Shown: piece by piece, positions 25,446-37,800 of the stretch | How the letters are laid out: the number at the start of each line of letters is the position of its first letter | Numbering within the stretch: the first letter of the stretch is position 1 | DNA from: Sminthopsis crassicaudata | Taxonomy: Eukaryota | Assembly: GCF_048593235.1 (NCBI RefSeq) | Contig: NC_133617.1 | Location: 683,778,958 to 683,842,957, forward strand | Direction of reading: 5' to 3' | Length of the DNA: 64,000 nt | Notes under the pieces: model-generated | What the model was told of the DNA's origin: nothing | Seen by the model: the letters and a program-made list of their open reading frames with translations, nothing else | Database searches by the model: none | Made by a program: the position numbers and the translations under genes

Positions 25446-28400
25446 TTTTAAAGGATATTTAAAATCTTGGTATCAATGAACTCATTCACTCACTTGTAGA
25501 TTTTAAAAGCATTTATTATTTAGCTACAGTTTATGAAATATTATTCCTTCTAAAACTTTTTCAACATTCACCTGAAGCTCCTGTCTACCAAGAAATAATA
25601 TTAGAAGAAAATCACTGAGCACTCGTATTATAATAATAACAGCCAAACCAGAGTTTCCACATACATGGTTTCCAAAATATCAATCTTTCATAGTGCCTGT
25701 CACTGCCTTTCTTGTTTCCTTATGTATAGATTTTGAGAAGCTAGATCCAGATAGATGATCCTGAGTAATGAATCCCCTAAAGGGGTCACATATATTTGAA
25801 CTCTCACTTTTCAAAGTTATAATTATATATGATAATTGTTTCTAGCCCAATGGAATTGTGGCAATACAAATTCATAAAATATAACTACTTCAAGGGATTC
25901 ATTATTCATAAAAATCCAGATCTAACTATATTTAGAAAGGGAAAAATCTATTTTAATTATATTTTACCTTTTCAATGGTAATCCATGCTTGCAACTAAAT
26001 AGCTAATAAGAGTAGTAGTATTTTTTTAAAAAGTTTCTTAGGGAGAAACTTTGTGTCATTAAAATTGCAATATAATTTGCCACAAGATTTCATCTCAATC
26101 TCTTGTACAAAATGCTCGTTTGCAATGATTGTCCAAATTATTACTGCTGGAGCAACTATATGGACTGTCTATCCAATCTCATATTGTAGTTTGGACAAAT
26201 AGGCATTCCTCATCCATTTGGTTTTTCCTGTGGGAATAATTAAGCCACACTCAATCGTTATGAATCTCATTTAGGAAGCTAAGAAATATTTTGGAACTTA
26301 ATGGAACACAATATTCTTTTGGTGAAATAATATTGTTATAAAGCATAGAATATCACATTCTAGAGTTACAGGGTTACCCAAAGGTTATTGAAAAGAAGTA
26401 TGACAGCCATGAATGGACTGCAAAAATGGAAGAAGCATTAAAATTTCCAATTAGAGCTGGCTTTAATACTCCCATGATTTTATCTATTTATATCTACTGA
26501 ATTAGAAATTAAAATGGATAAATTTTAAAATATTGTCTCTTCTAAAAATAATTATTTTTCAAAACTAAAAAAATTAGTGAAAAGAAAGGTATTGTTTTTT
26601 ACATCTCTTTGATGTCTTCTAGCTTAATAGAAGATAGCTGGTTTTCTTATCTGTCTTAACATTCAATTTGACATTTTAGATGAGAGTATACAAAGAAAAT
26701 CTAGCCTCATGCAAATATGAGATTAGTAGAAGTAGGAATATTTTAAGAGGAAAATGTCAGTGTTGGGATTCAAAACTTTGCATCAGGAGAAGAGTAAGGA
26801 TTTTGGGGAAAAAAAGCTATTGCATGGGTATAGTTTTTAGAGAACTTCTTTCAGAGAAAAATAAGATCCATATGGAATTTATATGGGGTCATAACAGTCC
26901 AAATGGTTCACAGAACTGTTTAAACCTTGCCTTGATTATCAAATTAGCTTGTAAATACTTTGCTAACATCAAGGTTTTCTGAGTTTCTGCTAAAAGCTAT
27001 AAAGAGCAGCACACCATGGGAAAATATAGTACCTGCCATCAAGGGATTTATAATCCAAAGGAAATGAAAGCTATGGTGTATGAATAACTAACAACAGACA
27101 ACACAGAAAGCATTGCTGAATGAAAAGGAAAACAATAACAGATCCATAGAATTGTAGATAGATCCATGAATATGATACAAATCAGAAAAAGTGAATCAGA
27201 AAAGTGTGATTTCACAAAGAAGAGATTATAAAGGCCTCATGTACTACAAGTCACAGAGAGTGACTTTAATAAGCAGAGTTCCTAGCCACAAAGTTAAATT
27301 TATCTAAAAATAGTTATCAGTCCAGCTTCCTGAATTTCAACAATATACCAACTGTGTTGATGAGGTAAAAATCTATGAAGGTATTTTAAGAGACCACAAA
27401 TGGCATATTCCAAAAACCTAATATTCCTGAGGGAGTTTTGTCATTCTACATCAAGAGACTGCTCTTGGAAATTTTAAATCACCAACAAAGCAGAAACAAG
27501 AAAGAATTTTCTCCTCTCCTCTGCTGACCCTTGCCCTCCCATCCCTTTTTTTTAAAGTTTCTTCTTTATTCTAGTCATTAACTTTAATATACTCCTTTAA
27601 GTTAAGTAAATAATCTTAAACAGGGCAAGGCAAATGCTGCTCTAAGAGTTAGCTACCTCCAGCTTGCCAAGAAAATGCCATTTTTTAACCCAAGTTCCAA
27701 GAAACTGAATACATTACCTCATAGCATTCCCTGGCTGCACTAACCAAAGCCTAAAATACCCACATTCTGCCTCTGAACCAAGGTCTCCAAGACAACGAAG
27801 TACTGCACTACTATGGCACTCGGTAGACCACATTATATTAATTCCATTTTAAAATTCCCAGCTTGAAAAAAAAGGAATTGTCAAATTATAAACCTATAAC
27901 TTAATGATATATTTTTCCTTTCTCTCATACCTTGGAAGAAATTTAAAACAAGCAAGAAAAGAGTATAGTTATTCTAGAGATTGGATTAGGAATCAAACCA
28001 TATATTCAATTTCAGCAAATATTTATTAAGCACATAGTATTCTGACACATTGTAAATAAGATCAGATAAGCATTCAATCCATGACAACACCTGGTTTCAC
28101 CAACATAGACTTCACCTAATTCATAGTCACCTAAATGGCTTTATCTTTAGAGCCTCTCCCTGCAATCCCCAGAATCAATAAATATGAGACTATGGAGAGA
28201 TTCAATCAGGGATGCCTGGCAATTCCCCAGGGTTTATCAGGAAAAGAGTTAATTTGCAGGTTCTGAGAGAATATAGAGAGCTTCTTAGAGTGAGCATTCT
28301 ATTATTTCAATTCTAGTTTACAAGTCACCTAGCTTACAAATAAGCAATGGAACACAACCATCACATTGGAATTATCATTTTTCTCCATCATAATGTCAAT

Positions 28401-31400
28401 AACACCAAACATGAATCAGGACACTAAGTCTGATAGAAGGAGATCTCATAGAAACCCCTCCCCACTGAAAAATAATTTGTTTTTATTTTAAACTTAACAA
28501 ACATCAAATAAAATTAACTTTTCTATAACCAGCACAGAATTAAAAAGGATGGCTGAATGCAAAACTGTAAGTTTCTATCATATACAGCTTGATAAATTGA
28601 AAAGTTATGAGCCTAGTGAATTTTTTTCAACCATTAACTTGCAATGGCTCATAATAACTCATATTTAAATAATGATCTAAAGTTAGTGGAGCCTTCTATA
28701 TACATTATCTCACTTGGGTCAAATAACTTGGCCTTTGTCACTTAGTACATATGTAACTTTTAGCAAGCCATTTAACTTCTCTGGTCCTCAGTTTCCTCAT
28801 CTGTAAAATTAGGAGGTGTGACTAGATCCCTCCTAATTCTAAAACCTGTGAATTTATTAAGCTTAGAAGACTAAATCAATTTGTCTATGAATGCTCAGGT
28901 AGGTCAGAGACAGGATCTGAATCTATGTCTTTCAACACTCAGTCCACTATATTACTCTACACTTGCCATGACAGAGACCTGGATTTAAATTCCACCTGAT
29001 TCCTTGAGGAAAATACAATGAGATGTCAAAGAAGCTTCAGAGGTCATCTAATTTATTCACATCCCTTATTTTGGATTAAAAAAATCCCCTAATGCTGAAA
29101 GCCATGAAACCTAAGTGCCCAAGATTATGAATGTCAGAGGTGGGCATTTAAATCCAGATCTTCTAAACTTTAGGACCAATAATCATTCAAATATAACAAG
29201 ACAACCTCCCTGATTTTCAGGCAATAGTCAGGCAAGAGATCTGAACCTAAGATCTGTGAACTTAGATTTAAGTCATACTTTATATAGGATTTTATAATCC
29301 TATGTATTTAAAAAAATTTTGAGAGGAATCTAAAAGTTTCACTAGACCTCCAAAGGAATCAAATCACCAAAAAAAAACCCCACCAAACAAACAAATAAAA
29401 AGCTTTCCCAAGTTAAAATCTTTTCTCTAAGACCACCACTCACAGGTGGGATACAATCTATTTAAGGGTAAGTAAGGAATGAGGGGGGGGAGTCTGAAAA
29501 ATACAAAATAATATTAATAAAATATTTTAAATATCTCTAGTTATGACTCTATGATCCAAATGCATGAATTTATTCAATGAGGCAAGATCGCCTTTTCAGC
29601 CTTGACTTCTGTTCCACCTAAAATCAAATTAGCTATATATTTAAGTTAAATAAATTGGAACCACTCTGTAATGCTTCTTCATTGAAAAAACAGACTCAGT
29701 ATAAAACACTTCAAATTTATATATGTATGTATATAAACATGTATATGCATCCATTCATATATAAACATCAGCACACATACACACACATCCTCTTTTTTGA
29801 GAGGAGACTAGGTCTCACAGCTGATATGTGTCTACCTAAAGACCAGAGAAAATAGATAATGAGTGGTGGAGCTGAAATTCAAAACCAGGTTCTCTAATCT
29901 AAGGGGAAAAATCCAATATTTAACTTTACAGACATAAAATATCACCCGGTGTCTCTACAATACTAAGTTTGGGATGGGAGGAAACCAAAGTCACTATAAT
30001 ACATTAACAAGAATGAGGAAGAAGAAATCACCTCTGGCTGTAGTTTATCAGAGACTGTCCACCGGGTCATCAAGTCCTGTCTACTTTATGTAGGTAGGAT
30101 GTCTATCCTACTCTGTCATTACAACTATTCTACTCTCGAAACACAATGATCCAAAGTATGGTCTGACCAGAGGCTCCCCTCGTTTCCCAGTTGAAAAATA
30201 AAGGCAACATCCCTGTCTTTTCTTACCTCTCTCACAGTGTTTTAAGAACCACATGAGAAAGCATATATTAAACCATTTGTAAGCATAAAGTGCTTACTAA
30301 GATGGTCCTTGAAATGAACTGAAAGCAGGGAGAATCTCAGGATACCAGGAAACAAATCCAGTAGAACAAGGTTGAGTCTGGGAGCAGCTTTTGGCTACCT
30401 GGATCTTTAATTATGCTAATGCAAATATGCTGGCTTTGTCCCCTATGTCATCTTTACTGAAGGACAGCAGTTATTTTGTGCTGCCCCTCTGATATCCAAA
30501 GCATCCCTTTGGATGCAGATGCCCCCAAAAATATATTAGTAAGGCCCTAGATAGTCTGGATTTCCTCAAGTTTCATTTCATGGAATTCTTTTAAGTCATC
30601 AAAAACAACCCCAGGAATCATGTAGTTTAGGGAAAAAAATACATTTGTGATAGCTTGGACAATTCAAGGAAACTGTTAGTCTATAAAATATTTCTTCCAT
30701 TTCCAAGGACCCAAACAGTGTCATCAGGGCAAAGTGTTATCTAAGGGCATCATCATCGGTCTCCAATCTATCTCCTAAAAAACAGGATCAGCCCAAGAAT
30801 GGAAGTTATGAGTTCTTAAGACAGTGGTGATCTTGAGATCAGGAAAAGCTGGGTTGAAAACCTGCCTATCATATTGCCTACTAGCTGTGCAACTATGGAC
30901 AATCATTTAATCTCTAACCCCAAACTTCCAAAATGAGGCTGATAATACCAGTCTATAAAAAATATTTGCTAAAAATGATTTTTAAAAAAGCTCAGGTGGA
31001 ATGTAAGCTCCCCAAGAGCAGAGTTGCTTCCAGTTTAGTCTGTTCCCCAAGGCTACTTTATCTGGAGCATGGTGCACCATATAATGTTAAGGCGACTAAG
31101 CAATGAAAGATAGATATCTCCATATAATTAAGAAACTTTCCTTCCAGTATATCAGGCCATCATTTGCAAATACTAGATGATAACTGAAAAGTCACCACAA
31201 AAGGGCAGACCCCAACAAGCTATCTTTAAAAAGACTTCTGGGGTAAGTGTTCATTCTTGTTAATCACTGTCCAGAAGTCCCTCCTCTCCAGCTAAATGAT
31301 TTCCTGAGGAGTTTTCTATTCCACTAAGTAATGGAAGTCAGTTTACCTTTTTAATTACCATGCTCTACAAGAAGAAGCAATTCACATAATTAGGCTTTAT

Positions 31401-32104
31401 AGATTGCATAATTTAGAAGCTAATTAAGTGCTTGGGAATGGTGGGTATCAATGACAGAATCCAGAAAAATAATTTCACATAATCAGCATGGTTAACTCCA
31501 GTTGGTTTACACTGTGAATTCCATTCCATTCAGTTTAGTTTATAAATGGAGCTGGATTTGAGGTCAAAAGCCTTGATTCTGACATTTACTAGTTATGACC
31601 TTGGATCAGTTAGTGAAACTTTCTAGACTGCAGTGTCTACATTTGTAAAATGAGGAGACTGGACTAGAGCTTCTCTATGGTTGCTTCTATTTCTAAATCT
31701 ATAATCCTATAATCTTATGAGTAAGAATTTATTCAACCCATACTCTTTGCCAAAGAACTGTTGTTGGGAATACAGAGTCAGAATTGAAGTGGACAGAAGC
31801 TTGAGGAGTAAATATTCTCCTGAAGAGGAGAGGGAACAACATGTATAGATATAAGTAAATACCACATATACAGTGACCCGAAAGTCTTAATCTAGCTTTG
31901 AGCTATTAACCTGTAACAGATGACTACAAGTAATCTACTGGCAGAAGAAGGTGTTATTGGAGGTATTATTGGAGAGAAAACATCTACACTACCTGGGAGC
32001 ACTTGAGTGGAGCCTTCAAAGAAGTCAGAGATTACAAGGGATGGGTGGTGAAGAAGAAAAACAGATGACAAAGGAGAGAGCTGAATGAACAATAAGATAC
32101 ATAC

Positions 32105-32109
<5 letters not shown>

Positions 32110-32136
<27 letters not shown>
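32110..32136. repeat. (TG)n microsatellite, about 13 units
   Basis: Perfect dinucleotide run. Confidence 0.95.
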
Positions 32137-32139
<3 letters not shown>

Positions 32140-35100
32140 CATCTAACTGTTGAAAGCAAATGCCATTCACAAGGTTGATATGACACATATGCAGTGACAG
32201 ACACTAAACTGTTATTGTTGAGCAGTAACTTGGAAAAGCAGTGGTCTTGTAGTTTTCACCCTTATTCATTTCTTCCTTTTTTGAAGTTCAATAATCCCAT
32301 TGTGCTCATTTTTCCTTCCTCCCTTTAGTCTTTCATCCTGACTTTATAATGTTCAATAAGGATTGGAATATATGGCCTTTGAGGCGCCTCCCAACTGTGG
32401 GATTTTGTGGGTCTCCAACCTATATTCAAGTCTGCCAGACCACTCACTACCTGTATTTCAGTTAAATTCAGGGCTACATATTCCTTAAACCTCTTTTCCA
32501 ATCTACCTTTCCCTGACTCACTGAATCTCTAGGAGGCTTAATTCCACAGCCACAAAATGAGGGTAATCTCACCTGCCCTATCTCCCCTCAAGGGATAGTT
32601 ATGAGAAACAAATAAGATAATGTATGTAAAGCACTTTGTAACCACAAAGCACTATTTAAATGCAGGCTATTATTATTATTGTGCTGCATTGTAATTAAGC
32701 AAAAATAAGCAGTTCATGAAAATGACTATAATTAGTACTTATACACAGCCAAACCAAGCGTTTCTGGGGATAGCTTAGGTTAAGGGAGGAGAGGAAACCA
32801 GTGGGAGAAAGCAGACTTTGGTGCATCACGCCATTGTGAAGTCCTTTTGGCTAATTAGAGATTCATTTAACTTAAAAAGCAAATAATCCAGGAAGAAAGG
32901 GAGAGTAGGAGCCATCAGCCACTCACACTTTAGTGCTACTAATGAGGAAAACAACTTGATTAAGCTAATCCAAAAGAGGAGAATGAAAATTCTCAGAGGG
33001 GTGGGGAAAGATGGGGAAAAGAAAGAAGAGATAATTTGGGAATTAGGGGAATATAGGTCTAGAAGAAGAGGTATGGATAGGCAAAGGGCAACTCAGAGAA
33101 CAAGGAGGGAAAATGTAGCCAGGAGGTAAGAACGAGACCATCGATAAACATCCAAATTTTGCTTGAGGCCAGTCCTGCCAGCTCTCTCAGTTCCTCAAAG
33201 AGGAGTATACTTTCTTTCCTTCCATAGGCCTCAGCCCAGGCTGTCAGGCCTGTCAGGTTCCCTCCTCCCTTTCTCCTCAGATTGTCTTCCTAGCCACTTA
33301 AAACTGGCCCTACAGGCTGAGTGGGGCAGCCAGGATGATTTAAAGGGAAATATCTAGCTCAAGTCCCGCTAATTACAGTTCCGTTTGGGTTTAAAAGCAG
33401 ACATACCCGGGGAGATTGGGGAGTTTAGGGAGGCAAGGAATATCTCAGGTCATCACTTCTGGAACATTAAGATTTAATTAATCCACATCATAAAGTAGGG
33501 AGGCAGAAAGGTAGAGGTAAATTTTGAGACAAAGCACTTATTAAAAGGAAGAGTTGGTTGGGGGTGGGAGGAGCATAATGGACAAATTAGGTGGTCCGAG
33601 GACTGAATAAGGGCGATAGGTACATGAAAGGATGAAGACAAATTTCCCAGAGTGAAGCAGTCAGTCGTGTAAATAGCCAAGACTTGAAGGGGAGAAGAGG
33701 TGAAAAGCCAGTTTCTTTAACTCTCAAAACATTTCCTACTCATTAGGAAGAATTCATTTACTCCTTAACAACATCCTCTTTCCCCCGACACAACTAAAAA
33801 GGTGGCTTATCCCCCTTTCCCTAGCTCACCAGGCCACCTGGCATTTACCAGGGACCATCTGCCTGCCAAACTGATGGAGTTTTATACTGTATGTGGCCCC
33901 AGGAACAGTCATCTCAACACACTCTCATCACTGGAAAGCCAGCCAGGTACAGTTGTTAAAGGAAAGGGCTTGGAGGCTTTTCATTCATTCATTTCATTAA
34001 TTCTGTCCAGTCCTGATCAATATTTACTAGCTGTTTAATCAAAAGGAAGCACTTAAGTCTTCCTGCCTCGGTTTCCTTATTTACAAAATGTAAAGAAATA
34101 ATAGCTAGACTACCTACTTTTTAAATAATCTCAGAGAATAGAGTGATAGACTCCAAAAAAGACAAATTCAAATACGGCCTGAGTCACTTATTAGCTGTGT
34201 GATCCTGAAAAAACCATGTTTCAGTGTCAGTGTCAAAATTTATAACAATAGCATCTACCTCCCAGAATTGTTGTCAGGACCAAATGTGATAATAGTAAAA
34301 TACTTTGCAAATCTTCAAATTATGTATAAATATTAGCTATTATTAATATCATTATTATCATTATTACCATCAGAGTATTTTGAAAACCTTAACTCATTTC
34401 ATATCAATATCAACTATTATTCTTATCACTGTTCAAAAGTTGCTAGTATAAGATGGCCAGCTACTAAATCAGAGACATCTTTAAACTGTCATGTATTCTG
34501 TTAATTCAACAAGCATTTATTAAGTCCCTAGTACATGCCAAGTGCTGTGCTAAAATATATGCTATATAATCTTTCTCATTCCATATTCTATACATACTAT
34601 GCATTCTAAATATATATATATACCATATAATCTTTCTTTACATATATTTTCAACATACTAATCTCTTCTATATTCTATATATACATGTTAAATATATACT
34701 GTAATATTATATGTGCTCTACAATCTTTATGTGTATATTCTATATTGTATATATATTATATAATCTTAACAATGGTTACCAAGTGATAGATCTAAAACAT
34801 GAGCTTTGGGAGGATTGACATGCTCCCACTGTCTTAGTGTATTTATGAATACACAGTTTTTGTATGAACATACACTTTTAATATTTTTGACTTAAAAATG
34901 GCTAAAATGGCACTAACAAAAGCTAAGATTTAACACTACTTCGAGTCAGACGATCCACAATTCCAATTTTACATAAGATATCTACCATTTCTGTGTTCTG
35001 AAAATGTTTCATTTTATTAGATTTCTTTTCTGACAATAAATACGATTTGCTTATGATTTCTTCTCCTGACCAAAAATCTCAAAACAGCTGAATCAATGCT

Positions 35101-36402
35101 ATATTTCAATTCAAATAATTACTTAGTGTTTAGGGATGAGAGGAATGTACCTTCAAATTTTCAGTTCCTCCAGGAATCAGGCCTCAATTTCATATATACC
35201 TGGTCTTTGGATTTTATACTACTTTTCACTCAATAGAAAACCTGTTGGAAGAGAAGCACTAATATTCCAAATATCCTAGATTTATAGTCAAAGGGAATGG
35301 ATGCAAATCATAGCTCTGACACAACTTGTATAATCTTGGACAAGATTTTGAATCTCTTGAAGACTCAGTTTCCTCAACTGTAAAATTAAAGAGTTGGACT
35401 AGACTGCTTCTGAGGTCCCTTAAAATTCAACATCTATTAATTATATCACCATATTCACCTGCCAGCAAGCCAGCTCCAATAACACTTCCTTAACTATGCA
35501 GCTCTAGGCATGAGTTCCTATTTCCAACCAAATTAAGAGATTCACATGTAGAGGGACAACATTTATTCTGTGCAAATTAGAAGCTCTCGTTATAGAACTC
35601 ATCTATCAAGGGATGCTCAATGAATATAAATTCCTTATGACCAAGAAATTTGGAAAATATAATAAACTTGACTTATTTACCAAATAGGTCTTCCAACAGC
35701 TATTTCACCATTGCTTTGCCTGTTTCTCCAAGGGGGCAAGTAATTATTTTGGCCAGTTTAAGTAATCCATTATTCCCAATGCATTTATCTTACTTGTAAA
35801 GCACCTCCTGGGTACTGGACTGCTGGAATCCGCCTCTGATCTGGTAAATTTTTCATCCTGATTTCTGAGGCTGTATTAGAATATCATACTGAGACATAGA
35901 GAGGAGAAGAGGCAAGGCTCCCAAAGTCCAGGGTAAAGCTCGGGATCAAATAAAAAAAAAAGTGACTATTAGATCATGCTACCTCCAGCATGGGAACAAT
36001 GTTGGATAATAATTAATCATCCATTACCATGCGTACTTTGGATTCAGTGATAGATTTTCTTTAAAAAAAATCAGTGATTTTGGGGGGATTGGTTTACAAA
36101 TTCTCTATGATCATTCATTTCAAAGGGAAAGTTTATAAACTTACTAGTCCAGATAGTGTGTGGCAATCATAAAACACACTTCCTGGTTTAACACAATAAT
36201 TGGCTATACTTAGGATTTTGCCACCCTGATTACTACCCCCTTATTACCCAATATTATTACCCATTCCTTACTAACTTGTGTAAAACAACTTTGTTCTAAA
36301 AAAATTAGTATTGCATTGTTTTAAAGCTATACAACATTGTGTTCTACACACAATAGAGCATCCACAAGACAGGAATTTTTCACTTCAAGAAAGTTACTAC
36401 CT

Positions 36403-36552
36403 GGGGAATCTAGCTAGTGTGGATAGAACACCAGCCCTGAAGTCAGGAGGACCTGAGTTCAAATCTAACCTCAGACACTTAACACTTCCTAGCTGTATGA
36501 CCTTGAGCAAGTCACTTAACTCAAAATTGCCTCAGCAAAAAAAGAAAAAAAT
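36403..36552 (+). mobile_element. WSINE1-like SINE, full length with A-tail and TSD
   Basis: gggg...gtggatagaacaccagccctgaagtcaggaggacctgagttcaaat...aattgcctcagc followed by an A-rich tail. TSD agaaagttactacct (36388-36402) / agaaagctactacct (36553-36567). Confidence 0.88.
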
Positions 36553-37349
36553 AGAAAGCTACTACCTGCCAAATTAGTATCTAGGAATTTATTATTCCTC
36601 GGTGCTATAAATTATTTTTTTCAATTCTTCATTTTTCAAATGAAAGTACAAATGCATTTACTGCAACTTCTGTTCAACTGCCAGTCACCCAGTTTTCCCC
36701 AAACTCCACTCTTACAGAATATCCTCCAAAATAAAATCACTAAGAAATAAGGGACAGAACGATTGTTAGAGATACCACATATTTCTAGTGATGACCCAGT
36801 ATTTATATTAAAAACCATTTAGTCAAAACTTCTAATTTTATAGGACCAAGACCTAAAGGTTGTGTCTTGTTCACGTATACTCAGGTAGTAAGCATTGCAG
36901 AGATTTCCCTTTTATTTTATATCCTAAAAATTATGCTTCTAACAATTAAAAATCAAGATTAAAAGATACTAAAGCTTCATAGTCCTCAATATCAAGTTTC
37001 AGGTAAAGACTGATGTAAAATTTAGGGGGTGGAGGAGGGACATCCTCTGGCCAAAAAAAAAAAAAAAAAAAGTTTTCAGTCTCGTTTAAGTTTAAGGGAG
37101 ACTGGGATAAGGAGTTCAGAAAAAAAGGGACATTGTGTTCTAGTAAAAAGAAGAGAAAACAAATTGAGTGACGTGTTCCAAAAAAGGAAGTAGTTTTGGA
37201 TGAAGAACATTGAATGGACATGAAATGTGTTTGCATCATGGAAGAACAAAACAGTTCTTAGGTGGAACCTACATCAGGCAATAAAAATTATTATCAGCAA
37301 GAGAAATTTGAAGAAAGAATTGAGACTTAAGGAGAGACTGAGTAATATA

Positions 37350-37800
37350 TCCTAAGCAATGAGTGGGTCCAAGAACAAATTACCAAAAAATATTTTTATC
37401 AAATATAATAAGACAACATACCAAAGCTTTTGGGATAAAGCCAAAGTTGTCCTTAGGGGAAAATTTATGTCTTTCTTTTGTCAACAAAAAGAAGACAGTC
37501 AATGAATCAAGCATAAAACTTTTTTAAAAATCCAGAAAAGCATCAAATCAAAAAATCCCAAAAGTAAGCATGATCAAAAAATCACAAACACAAAAACATA
37601 GTGATATATTTATTATTGTTAAATATTGTATTTAATAGCATTCATAGATAAATGGTAACAAAATATTGAGTTGATAAAATACAGAAGTTTTTTTTGAAAA
37701 AAATTAATAGACAATTGGTTAGTTTTAAGAGAAAAAATTTAAATTAAAAAAAAAAGAAAAAGGGAACTATGTCCATGGAGATAAAGGGTATAATGAATTC
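37350..37800 (+). mobile_element. Degraded L1 ORF2 internal fragment
   Basis: aatgagtgggtccaagaacaaatt...acaacataccaaagcttttgggataaagccaaagttgtccttaggggaaaatttat reads as NEWVQEQI...TTYQSFWDKAKVVLRGKF, the L1 ORF2 segment after the endonuclease. Confidence 0.8.

Noticed and set aside
34550-34765. AT-rich palindromic-looking stretches (also 17750-17850, 56790-56910) as miRNA hairpins
   Set aside because: These are low-complexity (TA)n-derived sequences, whose self-complementarity is trivial.
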